Source of the DNA: an uncultured Flavobacterium sp.
Lineage (GTDB): Bacteria; Bacteroidota; Bacteroidia; Flavobacteriales; Flavobacteriaceae
Length of the DNA stretch: 52,789 nt
Direction: 5' to 3'
Assembly (NCBI GenBank): GCA_964537345.1
Contig: CAZIBV010000007.1
Coordinates: 1 to 52,789, forward strand
Shown here: positions 8,709-19,575 of the stretch, piece after piece
Numbering within the stretch: the stretch's first letter is position 1
Layout: each line of letters starts with the position of its first letter
Translations under genes and position numbers: made by a program
The notes under the pieces: generated by a model
Seen by the model: the letters and a program-made list of their open reading frames with translations, nothing else
Database searches by the model: none
What the model was told of the DNA's origin: nothing

Positions 8709-10571
8709 ATGAATTACCTATCGGTTGAAAACGTCTCCAAATCATATGGTGAACGCACACTGTTTGAAAACCTGTCCTTTGGCATCAATAAAGACCAGAA
8801 GATTGCCTTTATCGCCAAGAACGGCACCGGCAAAACCACGTTGTTGAACATTATTACGGGAAAAGACGAGCCCGACAGCGGCCAGGTGATCATGCGCAAG
8901 GATATGCGGATGGCATTTTTGTCGCAGGTTCCGGATTTAAAAGACGAACTCACCATCGAGGAGAGCATTTTTGCGTCGGATAATGAAACCCTCAAAGTGA
9001 TCCGCGCCTATGAAAAAGCGTTGGAAAACCCGTCGGATACGGAGGCTTACCAAAAGGCTTTTGACGCCATGGACCGCCACAATGCGTGGGATTTTGAAAC
9101 CCAGTTCAAGCAAATCCTGTTTAAACTTAAACTGGACAACCTGAACCTCAAGGTCAGGAATTTGTCGGGCGGACAAAAAAAGCGACTGGCGTTGGCCATC
9201 ATTTTGATCAACCGTCCGGATTTGCTGATTATGGACGAACCCACCAACCACCTGGATCTGGACATGATCGAATGGTTGGAAGATTATTTTGCCGCGGCTC
9301 CCATCACCTTGTTTATGGTAACGCACGACCGCTTTTTCCTGGAGCGCGTCTGCAATGAAATCATCGAGCTCGAAAACGGAAAACTCTACCAATACAAAGG
9401 GAATTATTCTTATTTCCTGGAAAAAAAGGAGTTGCGCATCGCCAGTGAAAATGCCAGTGTCGACAAGGCTCAAAACCTCTTTGTCAAGGAACTCGAATGG
9501 ATGCGCAGGCAACCCAAGGCCCGAACGACAAAGTCAAAATCGCGTCAGGATGACTTTTATCTGATCAAGGAAAAAGCCCAGAGCCGCCGCCGTGAAAACG
9601 TGCTCGAACTGGAAATCAACATGGAGCGCATGGGCAGTAAAATTGTCGAACTCCACAAATTGGTCAAGCATTTTGGCGACAAAAAAATCCTCGACGGTTT
9701 TTCATATGACTTTCAGCGCGGCGATCGCATCGGCATCATTGGCCGCAACGGCACCGGCAAAACTACGTTTTTGAACATTTTGACGGGCGCAACAAAACCC
9801 GATGGCGGAAAGGTTGTTGTGGGCGATACGATGAAGATCGGATATTATACCCAGGCTGGAATCGAGGTCAAGCAAGGCCAGAAAGTGATTGATGTGATCA
9901 AGGAATTTGGCGAGTATATTCCGCTGATGAAAGGCAGGACGCTGTCGGCCGGACAACTGCTCGAACGGTTTTTGTTCGACAGGAAAAAACAACACGACTT
10001 CGTTGAAAAACTATCGGGCGGCGAACTCAAACGACTGTATTTGTGCACGGTTCTGATCCAAAATCCCAACTTCCTGATTCTCGACGAGCCGACCAACGAT
10101 TTGGACATCGTAACGCTCAACGTGCTCGAGAATTTCCTGATTGATTATCCAGGCTGTTTGGTTGTTGTATCGCACGACCGCTATTTTATGGACAAAATCG
10201 TCGATCACCTGTTTGTTTTTCGGGGCGATGGCGTCATCGAGGATTTCCCGGGCAACTACTCGGATTTCCGCACGTATGAAGACAGTGCCGAACCGGCCCG
10301 CGAGGATGTGCCCAAGGAAAAGTCAAATTGGAAACAACAGCAATCGACCGGTACCGGCTTGTCATTCAACGAACAAAAGGAGTATCAAAAAATCGAGAAG
10401 GAAATCAAGGAACTCGAACAAAAAAAGCGAGAGATTGAGGCGCAGTTTCACGATGTTGGCCTTTCCGCCGATGACATCAACGCCAAATCGGCGCAACTGC
10501 AACAAGTGATTGAAACCCTCGAAGCACGCGAACTCCGCTGGATGGAACTCATGGAAAAAATGGAAGGCTGA
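8709..10571 (+). CDS. ABC-F family ATPase (Uup-like)
   Basis: Two ABC domains (NGTGKTT, LSGG, DEPTN), no TM segments, C-terminal coiled coil. Confidence 0.93.
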   Translation: MNYLSVENVSKSYGERTLFENLSFGINKDQKIAFIAKNGTGKTTLLNIITGKDEPDSGQVIMRKDMRMAFLSQVPDLKDELTIEESIFASDNETLKVIRAYEKALENPSDTEAYQKAFDAMDRHNAWDFETQFKQILFKLKLDNLNLKVRNLSGGQKKRLALAIILINRPDLLIMDEPTNHLDLDMIEWLEDYFAAAPITLFMVTHDRFFLERVCNEIIELENGKLYQYKGNYSYFLEKKELRIASENASVDKAQNLFVKELEWMRRQPKARTTKSKSRQDDFYLIKEKAQSRRRENVLELEINMERMGSKIVELHKLVKHFGDKKILDGFSYDFQRGDRIGIIGRNGTGKTTFLNILTGATKPDGGKVVVGDTMKIGYYTQAGIEVKQGQKVIDVIKEFGEYIPLMKGRTLSAGQLLERFLFDRKKQHDFVEKLSGGELKRLYLCTVLIQNPNFLILDEPTNDLDIVTLNVLENFLIDYPGCLVVVSHDRYFMDKIVDHLFVFRGDGVIEDFPGNYSDFRTYEDSAEPAREDVPKEKSNWKQQQSTGTGLSFNEQKEYQKIEKEIKELEQKKREIEAQFHDVGLSADDINAKSAQLQQVIETLEARELRWMELMEKMEG

Positions 10572-11338
10572 TGCACCTGGTCACCTCGTACATAAAATTC
10601 CTTTGGAAGTCCAAAAATGAATATTCGGTTCACTCGCCTTTTGTGTTTGACTTGCTCACACAATGCCTGTACGACCGCACAAATTATCATGATTACGAGT
10701 TGCTGGTACGCTATCGGCGGGCACTTCTGGAAAATCAGCAGACGATTGAAGTTACTGATTTTGGCGCGGGATCAAAGGTGTTTAGATCCAACAAACGCCA
10801 GGTGTCGGCCATCGCCAAAAATGCGGGGATTTCACGCAACAGGGCCATGCTTCTCTATCGGCTTTCCCGATACTTCAAACCCAATAATTCACTTGAAATA
10901 GGCACCTCTTTGGGATTGGCTACCGCTGCACTGGCTTTGGGAAATCCCGACGGAAAAGTGACCACACTCGAAGGTTGCCCGCAAACGGCCGGGGTAGCGC
11001 AATCACAGTTTGAACGGTTTAAACTGGAAAACATCAGTTGCCGGATTGGTGAATTTTCGCAGACGCTAAACCTGCCGGATCAAAAGTTCGACTTGGTTTA
11101 CTTTGACGGAAACCATCAAAAGCAAGCCACATTGGATTATTTCAACCTGCTTTTGCCCACCGCCCACAATGATTCCGTCTGGATTTTTGACGACATTCAC
11201 TGGTCGACCCCAATGGAAGAAGCCTGGGAATCGATCAAACAAAACCCCAATGTACGGGTGACGATTGACACCTTTCAATGGGGTTTGGTATTTTTCAGGA
11301 AAGAGCAGCCCAGGCAGGATTTTGTTATCCGCTGTTGA
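10571..11338 (+). CDS. Class I SAM-dependent O-methyltransferase
   Basis: LEIGTSLG, DLVYFDGNH and FDDIHWS motifs. Confidence 0.88.
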   Translation: MHLVTSYIKFLWKSKNEYSVHSPFVFDLLTQCLYDRTNYHDYELLVRYRRALLENQQTIEVTDFGAGSKVFRSNKRQVSAIAKNAGISRNRAMLLYRLSRYFKPNNSLEIGTSLGLATAALALGNPDGKVTTLEGCPQTAGVAQSQFERFKLENISCRIGEFSQTLNLPDQKFDLVYFDGNHQKQATLDYFNLLLPTAHNDSVWIFDDIHWSTPMEEAWESIKQNPNVRVTIDTFQWGLVFFRKEQPRQDFVIRC

Positions 11339-11359
11339 TTGGAATCCGTGATTTACATT

Positions 11360-11391
11360 AAAAAAAAGACAGCCTTTTGAGCTGTCCTTTT
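11360..11391. terminator. Bidirectional terminator
   Basis: GACAGC/GCTGTC stem with A and T tracts between convergent genes. Confidence 0.75.
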
Positions 11392-11405
11392 ATCAATACG
11401 ATCAA

Positions 11406-12080
11406 TTATTTTGCGGCGTCCTTGGCGTCTTTGTTTTCATCGCCTTTGGCCGTCATGCGTTCCCAGCGGAATTTAGGTGCGAATTTCACTTTAATCTCGG
11501 CTATCTTGCGATTGTCCTCGGGCGATAGTCCTTCTTTTTCAACGGTATTTTTGCGGGCATCCAATGCCTCATACATGGCCTTGATTTCGTCGAGGTCCTC
11601 ACGCGAATAATTGTCCTGGTTTTTGTCGAATTCGTTGTAGAAATCGTTGTAAACCTTAAGGATGTTGTCTTTGTTTACCCAACTGAAATTGCGGTCGACG
11701 CCCACGTTTGCATCACCAAAAAAGCTTTGGCGCAAGTCAGCACGCGGATCGGCTGCAGCCTGGTCAGCTTCAAGTTCAGCAACATACTTGACTTTTAGAT
11801 CCTCATACTTGGCGCGTTTGTCATCCAGACGCTTTTGCGCAGCCTCGCGGTCTTTCATCGATGCAAGTGCAGCCTCGGCATCGGTAGCGCGACGGGCATA
11901 CTCGGCTTCAATGGTTTCCCAGTTAGCTTTGGCTTCATCAGCTGAAACATTGGCTACCGAATCGACGTATTTTTCATAACGGTCGACAGTCATTTCGGCC
12001 TGTTTTTCTTCTTCACTTTTACAAGAGACAAAGGTTGACGCAAAGACGCCCAGTCCTATCATCAAGAATTTAGTTTTCAT
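11406..12080 (-). CDS. Helical lipoprotein of unknown function (DUF6565-like)
   Basis: Lipobox FVS-C followed by KSEEEK; charged helical body. Confidence 0.75.
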   Translation of the reverse strand: MKTKFLMIGLGVFASTFVSCKSEEEKQAEMTVDRYEKYVDSVANVSADEAKANWETIEAEYARRATDAEAALASMKDREAAQKRLDDKRAKYEDLKVKYVAELEADQAAADPRADLRQSFFGDANVGVDRNFSWVNKDNILKVYNDFYNEFDKNQDNYSREDLDEIKAMYEALDARKNTVEKEGLSPEDNRKIAEIKVKFAPKFRWERMTAKGDENKDAKDAAK

Positions 12081-12297
12081 AGAATTTGTATTTAGAATTA
12101 GTGTAGAACAAATGTATACAGAATTATATTTTATGTCGTTTTTTAGTTAATTATTTATGATAACTTTATTATTTATTGGTTTAAACTGATTTTTATGTAA
12201 TAATGATATAAATTGACATGGGAATTTTATAACAATTTTTCAAGGCTATGCTGGTACAATTAGGCGCATTGCGTACCTTAGTGCAAAAATTGAATCA

Positions 12298-13005
12298 ATG
12301 GCAAAACCCCTGATCCGGATTAAAGGAATTACCCGAAATTTCCAGTTAGGACACGAGACGGTTTACGTCTTGAAAGGCATCGACCTTGAAATCTACAAAG
12401 GTGAATATATAGCGCTCATGGGCCCGTCGGGATCCGGCAAATCTACACTGATGAACATTTTGGGATGTCTCGATACGCCCACCGCCGGCGAATATGAACT
12501 CAATGGCAAACTGGTAAGCCAGATGGACGACGACGAACTGGCCGACATCCGCAACAAGGAAATTGGGTTTGTCTTTCAGACTTTTAACCTTTTACCCCGA
12601 ACGACGGCCCTGGACAATGTGGCGCTGCCGATGGTTTACGCCGGCCACGCCAAAAGTGAACGCCATGCCCGCGCCCGCGAGGTATTGACGCAGGTTAACC
12701 TGGCCGACCGCATGGATCACCAGCCCAACCAACTTTCAGGTGGTCAGCGTCAAAGGGTGGCCATTGCAAGGGCGTTGGTCAACAAGCCTTCAATCATCCT
12801 GGCCGACGAACCTACCGGAAACCTGGACAGCAAGACGTCGGTTGAAATCATGAACCTTTTCAATCAAATTCACTCGCAGGGCAATACGGTTATCCTCGTA
12901 ACCCATGAGGAGGACATCGCCGCTTATGCACATCGCGTCATCCGACTAAGGGACGGTATCGTGGAGAGCGATAAGGCCAACCTAAAAACGGAACCCATCT
13001 CATGA
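12298..13005 (+). CDS. ABC transporter ATP-binding protein (LolD/MacB-like)
   Basis: [16 protein letters not shown] and ADEPTGNLD motifs. Confidence 0.93.
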   Translation: MAKPLIRIKGITRNFQLGHETVYVLKGIDLEIYKGEYIALMGPSGSGKSTLMNILGCLDTPTAGEYELNGKLVSQMDDDELADIRNKEIGFVFQTFNLLPRTTALDNVALPMVYAGHAKSERHARAREVLTQVNLADRMDHQPNQLSGGQRQRVAIARALVNKPSIILADEPTGNLDSKTSVEIMNLFNQIHSQGNTVILVTHEEDIAAYAHRVIRLRDGIVESDKANLKTEPIS

Positions 13006-13580
13006 AAATATACACCAAGACAGGCGACAGCGGAACCACCGGACTTTACGGCGGAACCCGCGTCCCTAAGCATCACATACGCATAGAAAGTTACGGAACC
13101 ATCGACGAACTGAACTCGCACCTCGGCTTGCTGCGAGATCAGGAGATTGATGTTATCCACAAAAAAGTGTTGGCTGAAATCCAGGACAGGCTTTTTACTG
13201 CCGGAGCGGTTTTGGCCACGCCTCCTGAAAAGGAAACCCTTAAGAGCGGGCAGTCAAGACTTTCGATAGACCGCGTGGACGAAAAAGACATCCAGCTGCT
13301 GGAAAGTGAAATTGACCGCATGGATGCCAGCCTGCCACCCATGACACATTTTGTTTTGCCGGGCGGGCACCCAACGGTGTCATTTTGTCACATTGCGCGC
13401 TGTGTCTGCCGCCGGGCCGAACGACTCGCGGTACATCTCAATGACATGGAACCTGTCGACCCTGCCATTTTGCGCTATCTCAACCGGTTGTCAGACTACC
13501 TTTTTGTGCTGGCACGGATGTTGACCTCGCAGCTTGGAGCCGATGAGGTCAAGTGGATTCCGCGAAAACCCGAACAATAA
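13002..13580 (+). CDS. ATP:cob(I)alamin adenosyltransferase (PduO type)
   Basis: [23 protein letters not shown] and [10 protein letters not shown] motifs. Confidence 0.95.
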   Translation: MKIYTKTGDSGTTGLYGGTRVPKHHIRIESYGTIDELNSHLGLLRDQEIDVIHKKVLAEIQDRLFTAGAVLATPPEKETLKSGQSRLSIDRVDEKDIQLLESEIDRMDASLPPMTHFVLPGGHPTVSFCHIARCVCRRAERLAVHLNDMEPVDPAILRYLNRLSDYLFVLARMLTSQLGADEVKWIPRKPEQ

Positions 13581-13721
13581 ATTTTAAGGGTTGCTGCGTC
13601 GGAAACCGCCAAAAACCGCGGCAAACGGGACGTTCTTAACTTTGCTTAAAATAAACAGGTTTTTACTTGACTTTTTCAGTTTAAAAATTATTTTTGCATC
13701 AAACAAATAAAACGATTAGAG

Positions 13722-13943
13722 ATGTACTGGACATTAGAATTAGCATCGTATTTAAGTGATGCGCCGTGGCCTGCAACCAAAGATGAGTTGATCGACTATG
13801 CGATACGAGCAGGCGCTCCCCTTGAAGTGGTAGAGAATCTCCAGTCAATAGAGGATGAGGGCGAAATCTACGAATCGATGGAAGAGATATGGCCCGATTA
13901 CCCAACCGATGAGGATTATCTCTGGAACGAGGACGAATATTAA
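13722..13943 (+). CDS. DUF2795 family small acidic protein
   Basis: MYWTLELASYLSDAPWPATKDELIDYA; typical position upstream of secA in Bacteroidota. Confidence 0.88.
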   Translation: MYWTLELASYLSDAPWPATKDELIDYAIRAGAPLEVVENLQSIEDEGEIYESMEEIWPDYPTDEDYLWNEDEY

Positions 13944-13961
13944 AATAGATAATTTCAAATT

Positions 13962-13988
13962 AAAAGTCTCAGCCGAGGCTTTTTTTTT
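13962..13988 (+). terminator. Intrinsic terminator
   Basis: AAAAGTCTC/GAGGCTTTT stem plus T run. Confidence 0.75.
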
Positions 13989-13991
13989 GCG

Positions 13992-13999
13992 TAAATTTG
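13992..13999 (+). promoter_or_regulatory. Bacteroidota -7 promoter element for secA
   Basis: TAAATTTG matches TAnnTTTG, about 30 nt before the ATG. Confidence 0.65.
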
Positions 14000-14030
14000 C
14001 GCACCTTTTTACACAATAAGTTACGACCAA

Positions 14031-17000
14031 ATGAGTCTAATCAATAGCATACTTAAAGCCTTTGTGGGCGACAAATCGCAAAAAGACGTCAAGGCGCTTC
14101 AATCGACAGTAGCCAAGATCAAATCGATCGAATCGACACTTTCCGGACTTTCAAACGACGAATTGCGCCAAAAAACGGCCGACTTCAAAGCCCGTATCCG
14201 CGAAGCCCGCGCTGAAAAGGACGCACGGATTGCCCAACTCAAAGCCGAAGCCGAAACCACTCAGGACATCGACAAGCGCGAAGATATTTACGCCACGATC
14301 GACACCCTGGAAAAAGAGGCTTACGAAATTTCAGAAAAGGTACTCAACGACATCCTTCCCGAGGCTTTTGCCGTGGTCAAGGAAACCGCCCGCCGCTTTA
14401 AGGAAAATACCGAGATCAAGGTTTCGGCCACACCGCTGGACCGCGAACTATCGGCTACAAAATCATACATCACCCTTGACGGCGATCAGGCCATCTGGGC
14501 CAACTCCTGGAATGCGGCCGGAAAGCAGATTACGTGGGACATGATCCACTACGATGTTCAGCTTATCGGCGGAATCGTGCTGCATCAGGGCAAGATTTCA
14601 GAGATGCAGACCGGTGAAGGTAAAACACTTGTGGCGACACTTCCGCTCTACCTGAATGCACTCACCGGAAACGGCGTGCATCTGGTGACCGTCAACGACT
14701 ACCTCGCCAAGCGCGACAGTTCTTGGAAGGCTCCGCTGTTTGAATTCCACGGCCTTACGGTGGAGTGTATCGACAACTATCAGCCCAATTCAGAAGGGCG
14801 CAAAAAAGCTTATGCTGCCGACATTACCTACGGCACCAACAACGAATTCGGATTTGACTACCTGCGCGACAACATGGCCCACACACCGGGCGAACTGGTT
14901 CAGCGCAAGCACAATTACGCCATTGTCGACGAGGTTGACTCGGTTTTGATTGACGATGCGCGTACACCGCTGATTATTTCCGGACCGGTTCCGCAGGGCG
15001 ACCGCCATGAATTCAACGAACTCAAGCCAAAAATTGACAACCTGGTCAACCAGCAACGTCAGCTGGCGAACGGCTTTTTGGCTACGGCCAAGAAACTGAT
15101 TGCGGAAGGAAATACCAAAGACGGTGGATTCAACCTGCTCCGCGCCTATCGCGCACTGCCCAAAAACAAGGCGCTGATCAAGTTTTTGAGCGAGGAAGGC
15201 GTTAAACAAATCCTTCAGAAAACCGAGAATCATTACATGCAGGACAACAACCGCGAAATGCCAAAGGTTGACGAAGCCCTGTTTTTTGTAATCGAAGAGA
15301 AAAACAATCAGGTAGAACTCACCGACAACGGAATCAAAATTCTGTCGGCAGATACTGACGAGAACTTCTTTGTCTTGCCTGATATCGGAACTGAAATTGC
15401 GCGGATTGAAAGGTTAAACCTGAGCAAGGATGAGGAAGCCGAGCAAAAAGAGCAACTCTTTCAGGATTTCTCGGTCAAGAGCGAACGCATCCACACCCTG
15501 ACTCAACTTTTAAAAGCTTATACGCTGTTTGAAAAAGACGTCGAATACGTCATCATGGACAACAAAATCATGATCGTTGACGAACAGACAGGCCGTATCA
15601 TGGAAGGCCGCCGTTATTCGGATGGTCTGCACCAGGCGATAGAAGCCAAGGAGAACGTAAAAATTGAGGCCGCCACCCAGACGTTTGCCACGATTACACT
15701 CCAGAACTATTTCAGGATGTATAACAAACTGGCCGGTATGACGGGAACTGCCGTAACCGAGGCCGGTGAATTCTGGCAGATTTACAAACTGGACGTGGTG
15801 GAAATCCCAACCAACCGTCCGATGGCCAGAAAAGACCACAACGACCTGATTTACAAAACAGCCCGTGAAAAGTACAATGCCGTCATTGAAGACGTAACCA
15901 AACTGTCGCAGGCGGGCCGTCCGGTGCTTATTGGTACCACATCGGTCGAAATCTCGGAGCTTTTGAGCCGAATGCTTAAAATGCGCAACATCCACCACAA
16001 CGTACTCAACGCCAAACTCCATAAGAAAGAGGCTGAAATTGTTGAAGAAGCCGGCAAACCGGGTGTTGTAACCATTGCGACTAACATGGCTGGCCGTGGT
16101 ACCGACATCAAGCTTACGCCCGAGGTTAAGGCCGCGGGAGGACTAGCCATCATCGGAACCGAACGACACGATTCACGTCGCGTTGACCGACAGCTTCGCG
16201 GACGTGCGGGCCGTCAGGGTGATGTGGGAAGCTCACAATTCTATGTATCGCTCGAGGACAACCTGATGCGTTTGTTTGGATCGGAACGCGTGGCCAAAGT
16301 CATGGACCGAATGGGTCTGAAGGAAGGCGAAGTGATTCAGCACTCAATGATGACCAAGTCAATCGAACGGGCGCAGAAAAAAGTGGAAGAAAACAACTTT
16401 GGCGTCCGCAAGCGATTGCTGGAATATGACGACGTGATGAATGCCCAGCGTGAAGTGGTTTACAAACGCCGCCGTCACGCGTTGCACGGAGAGCGTCTTA
16501 AGGTGGACATTGCCAACATGCTTTACGATACCGCCGAACTCATCGCCACGCAAAACAAACAGTCAAAAGACTTCAGGAATTTTGAGTTTGAACTGATCCG
16601 TTACTTCTCGATCACATCGCCCGTAACCGAGCAGGAATTTGACAAACTGACCGAGCTTGAACTGGCCGGGAAAGTGTACAAGGCCGCGATGGCGTACTAC
16701 ACTGAAAAGAACGAGCGCGATGCCCGCGAAGCCTACCCGATCATCAAAAGCGTCTATGAAAATCCCGACAACCGCTATGAGCGCATCGTGGTTCCGTTTA
16801 GCGACGGTGTAAAAACGCTTAATGTCGTCACCGATCTTAAACGCGCCTATGAAACAGAAGGCCGTCAGTTGGTGGCTGATTTTGAGAAAAACATCACATT
16901 GGCCATCGTTGACGAAGCCTGGAAAAAGCACCTTCGTAAAATGGACGAGCTCAAACAGTCGGTGCAATTGGCTGTTCACGAGCAAAAAGATCCGCTGCTG

Positions 17001-17372
17001 ATCTACAAATTCGAGGCGTTCAACCTGTTCCGTGCCATGCTGGACGATGTCAACAAGGAAGTGATTTCATTCCTGTTTAAAGGCGATTTGCCGCAGCAAC
17101 AACAAAACATTCAGGAAGCACGCGAAGTTCCTGTCAAGGAAAATTACCAGACCAGCAAGGAAGATGCCGATGGTGGCTCGCCAAGTCCAACGCAGCAGGC
17201 CCCTCAGCCCGCACGTCAGGTAACCGAAACCATTGTGCGTGAAATGCCTAAAATAAACCGAAACGACAACGTTACCATCAAGCACGTCATGACCGGTAAG
17301 ACCGAGACCATGAAGTACAAAAAAGCCGAAGGATTGCTAGCCTCAGGCGAATGGGTTGTGGTTCAATCATAA
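14031..17372 (+). CDS. secA: Preprotein translocase subunit SecA
   Basis: MQTGEGKT, DEVDSVLIDDARTPLIISG, ATNMAGRGTDI and QLRGRAGRQGD motifs. Confidence 0.99.
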   Translation: MSLINSILKAFVGDKSQKDVKALQSTVAKIKSIESTLSGLSNDELRQKTADFKARIREARAEKDARIAQLKAEAETTQDIDKREDIYATIDTLEKEAYEISEKVLNDILPEAFAVVKETARRFKENTEIKVSATPLDRELSATKSYITLDGDQAIWANSWNAAGKQITWDMIHYDVQLIGGIVLHQGKISEMQTGEGKTLVATLPLYLNALTGNGVHLVTVNDYLAKRDSSWKAPLFEFHGLTVECIDNYQPNSEGRKKAYAADITYGTNNEFGFDYLRDNMAHTPGELVQRKHNYAIVDEVDSVLIDDARTPLIISGPVPQGDRHEFNELKPKIDNLVNQQRQLANGFLATAKKLIAEGNTKDGGFNLLRAYRALPKNKALIKFLSEEGVKQILQKTENHYMQDNNREMPKVDEALFFVIEEKNNQVELTDNGIKILSADTDENFFVLPDIGTEIARIERLNLSKDEEAEQKEQLFQDFSVKSERIHTLTQLLKAYTLFEKDVEYVIMDNKIMIVDEQTGRIMEGRRYSDGLHQAIEAKENVKIEAATQTFATITLQNYFRMYNKLAGMTGTAVTEAGEFWQIYKLDVVEIPTNRPMARKDHNDLIYKTAREKYNAVIEDVTKLSQAGRPVLIGTTSVEISELLSRMLKMRNIHHNVLNAKLHKKEAEIVEEAGKPGVVTIATNMAGRGTDIKLTPEVKAAGGLAIIGTERHDSRRVDRQLRGRAGRQGDVGSSQFYVSLEDNLMRLFGSERVAKVMDRMGLKEGEVIQHSMMTKSIERAQKKVEENNFGVRKRLLEYDDVMNAQREVVYKRRRHALHGERLKVDIANMLYDTAELIATQNKQSKDFRNFEFELIRYFSITSPVTEQEFDKLTELELAGKVYKAAMAYYTEKNERDAREAYPIIKSVYENPDNRYERIVVPFSDGVKTLNVVTDLKRAYETEGRQLVADFEKNITLAIVDEAWKKHLRKMDELKQSVQLAVHEQKDPLLIYKFEAFNLFRAMLDDVNKEVISFLFKGDLPQQQQNIQEAREVPVKENYQTSKEDADGGSPSPTQQAPQPARQVTETIVREMPKINRNDNVTIKHVMTGKTETMKYKKAEGLLASGEWVVVQS

Positions 17373-17373
17373 G

Positions 17374-17397
17374 AAGTCCCCTAACGGGGATTTTTTT
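17374..17397 (+). terminator. Intrinsic terminator of secA
   Basis: AAGTCCCC/GGGGATTT stem plus T run. Confidence 0.85.
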
Positions 17398-17407
17398 ATA
17401 TTTGGAC

Positions 17408-17944
17408 ATGAAAAAAATTCTGCTGTTGCTGTTTCCGGCGCTGATGTTGGCACAACATCCCGCCGACGCGGATGTCAAAAAGCTATACACGGCTTTTCAC
17501 GATATCGACATTGATTTTTTGTCAGAGCGCATCTGTTCGCCCTATGAGGGAATGGAGCTTTACGCGCGCCTTGACGATTACTTCTTGAACGACAGCCAGA
17601 AATTCCGGTACGTCTTTACCAACGCAAAATACAATTACGAAGCCGCACTTTCGATAAATGGAATTGATTATTATCCGGTCAATTTCAGGAATGTCATCCG
17701 CATTACGTATTTCCAACCGATTGATGTGGCCGCTACACAGGAGCAACTCAAAGCAAAATTTGCTGCACAATCGATCGTTTATGAGCGGGCGCGCAACAGT
17801 TTTTTGATTGTCTACCAAGCCAAAATGCTCACGTGGAACGCGCAGGGCATCTGGAAGTTTGCCATACTTGACCAAACCATCCCCCAAGAAATCACAAACG
17901 GATGCCTGCCACAGGATGTCAGATCGCGCCTGGGTCTTCCTTAA
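17408..17944 (+). CDS. Hypothetical secreted protein
   Basis: Signal peptide MKKILLLLFPALMLA; no family recognised. Confidence 0.7.
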   Translation: MKKILLLLFPALMLAQHPADADVKKLYTAFHDIDIDFLSERICSPYEGMELYARLDDYFLNDSQKFRYVFTNAKYNYEAALSINGIDYYPVNFRNVIRITYFQPIDVAATQEQLKAKFAAQSIVYERARNSFLIVYQAKMLTWNAQGIWKFAILDQTIPQEITNGCLPQDVRSRLGLP

Positions 17945-18075
17945 TAAGAAAAGGGCAGTACATGACCACCCTTTCTTTACCCAAAAAAAACTAAAACAAA
18001 TTAAAGCTCCGGATTAGCTCCAGGTTTAATTGCAGGGTAAAGTTATTATCCGAATCACGAGGAAACAATACGCAG

Positions 18076-19491
18076 TTATACGTATTTTTCAGGGAAGATT
18101 TTACCCGGATTCAGGATTGCATGAGGATCAAAAAGCTGTTTGATTCCGCGCATCAATGTCAATTCCGGCTCAGAGAATGCAATGGGCATAAACTCTTTTT
18201 GTACCCAACCTATTCCATGCTCGCCCGACAACGTACCGCCAAGGGAAACCGTCAGTTCAAAAATTTCCCGTATGCCTTTTGGAACGTCTTCTTTCCAAGC
18301 TTTGTCCGACATTTCGCCCTTGACAATGTTTACGTGAAGGTTTCCATCGCCGGCATGGCCGTAACAAACGGAATGAAAACCGTACTTTTGGCCAATCGAT
18401 TTGATACCTGCCAAAAGCCTGGGGAGTTCGTAGCGCGGCACCACGGTATCCTCTTCCTTGTAGATGGAGTTGGATTTAACGGCTTCGCCCACCGCACGAC
18501 GCAGTTTCCAAAGCGCGTTTTTCTGGTCGGCGGTATCGGCAAAAAGGATTTCGTCAATTTCAAACTGCGATACGACGTCGGCAATTTTTTCCGCCTCCTG
18601 CATCAAAACTTCCGGATAGTTTCCGTCTACTTCAATCAGTAAATGCGCGGCAATCCCATCGCCTATCGACAGGTTGACGCCATCCACAAAACGCAGCGTC
18701 CAATCAATGGCATCGCGTTCCATAAATTCTAACGCACTTGGAACGATTCCGGCGTGAAATATTTTGGCGACTGCCTCGCACGCCTGTTCAGCCTTGTAAA
18801 ACGGAACCAGCATCAGTACGTCATGCGCGGGAGCAGGCCAAAGTTTCAGGACGATTTTGGTGATGATACCCAACGTTCCCTCGGAGCCCGTCATCAGTTG
18901 CGTCAGGTTGTAACCGGTTGAATTTTTAAGCGTATTGGCTCCCGTCCAGATAATGTCGCCGGTAGGCAAAACTACTTCCAGATTGAGCACGTAATCCTTG
19001 GTGACACCGTATTTTACCGCGCGCGCACCGCCTGAATTTTCGGCTACGTTGCCGCCAATAAAACAACTTCCCTGACTGCTTGGATCGGGCGGATAAAAAA
19101 GTCCGTGACCGGCAACGGCTTCACGCAGTACTTGGGTAATGACACCAGGCTCGGTCGTGACCTGAAGATTTTGCGTGTCAATTGAAAGAATCTTGTCAAA
19201 CCGCTCCATCGACAACCCTATTCCACCTTTGACGCAAAGTGCGCCGCCGCTAAGCCCGGTGCGTCCGCCAATCGGGGTAACCGGAATTTTAAGTGAATTG
19301 GCCAATTTCATGATTTGTGCAATCTCATCGGCAGTTGCCGGCTTGACAACCACTAATGGCGGGAACATCAAATCCTCTGTTTCGTCATGCGCGTAACGAT
19401 CGAGTGTTTCAGCATCCTGAAAAACAAACGAGGGCCCGACAATGTTGCAAAGCGACTGGAAAATATCAGGTGTGATAGCAGTTGGATTCAT
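18076..19491 (-). CDS. FAD-linked oxidase (GlcD/D-lactate dehydrogenase family)
   Basis: GGRTGLSGG, YPPDPSS, GHAGDGNLH, SGEHGIG and LNPGKIF motifs. Confidence 0.93.
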   Translation of the reverse strand: MNPTAITPDIFQSLCNIVGPSFVFQDAETLDRYAHDETEDLMFPPLVVVKPATADEIAQIMKLANSLKIPVTPIGGRTGLSGGALCVKGGIGLSMERFDKILSIDTQNLQVTTEPGVITQVLREAVAGHGLFYPPDPSSQGSCFIGGNVAENSGGARAVKYGVTKDYVLNLEVVLPTGDIIWTGANTLKNSTGYNLTQLMTGSEGTLGIITKIVLKLWPAPAHDVLMLVPFYKAEQACEAVAKIFHAGIVPSALEFMERDAIDWTLRFVDGVNLSIGDGIAAHLLIEVDGNYPEVLMQEAEKIADVVSQFEIDEILFADTADQKNALWKLRRAVGEAVKSNSIYKEEDTVVPRYELPRLLAGIKSIGQKYGFHSVCYGHAGDGNLHVNIVKGEMSDKAWKEDVPKGIREIFELTVSLGGTLSGEHGIGWVQKEFMPIAFSEPELTLMRGIKQLFDPHAILNPGKIFPEKYV

Positions 19492-19575
19492 AGCGATAGA
19501 AAGTTCAAAAATAGCACTTTTGACCATAACCCGACGGTGCGCAAACTGCTCCGTTTTTGCGTATTTTTACAGGCG

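Noticed and set aside
12081-12297. Very AT-rich stretch as an origin or foreign DNA
   Set aside because: It is a short divergent promoter region with a TACATTTG box, and no DnaA-box cluster was seen.
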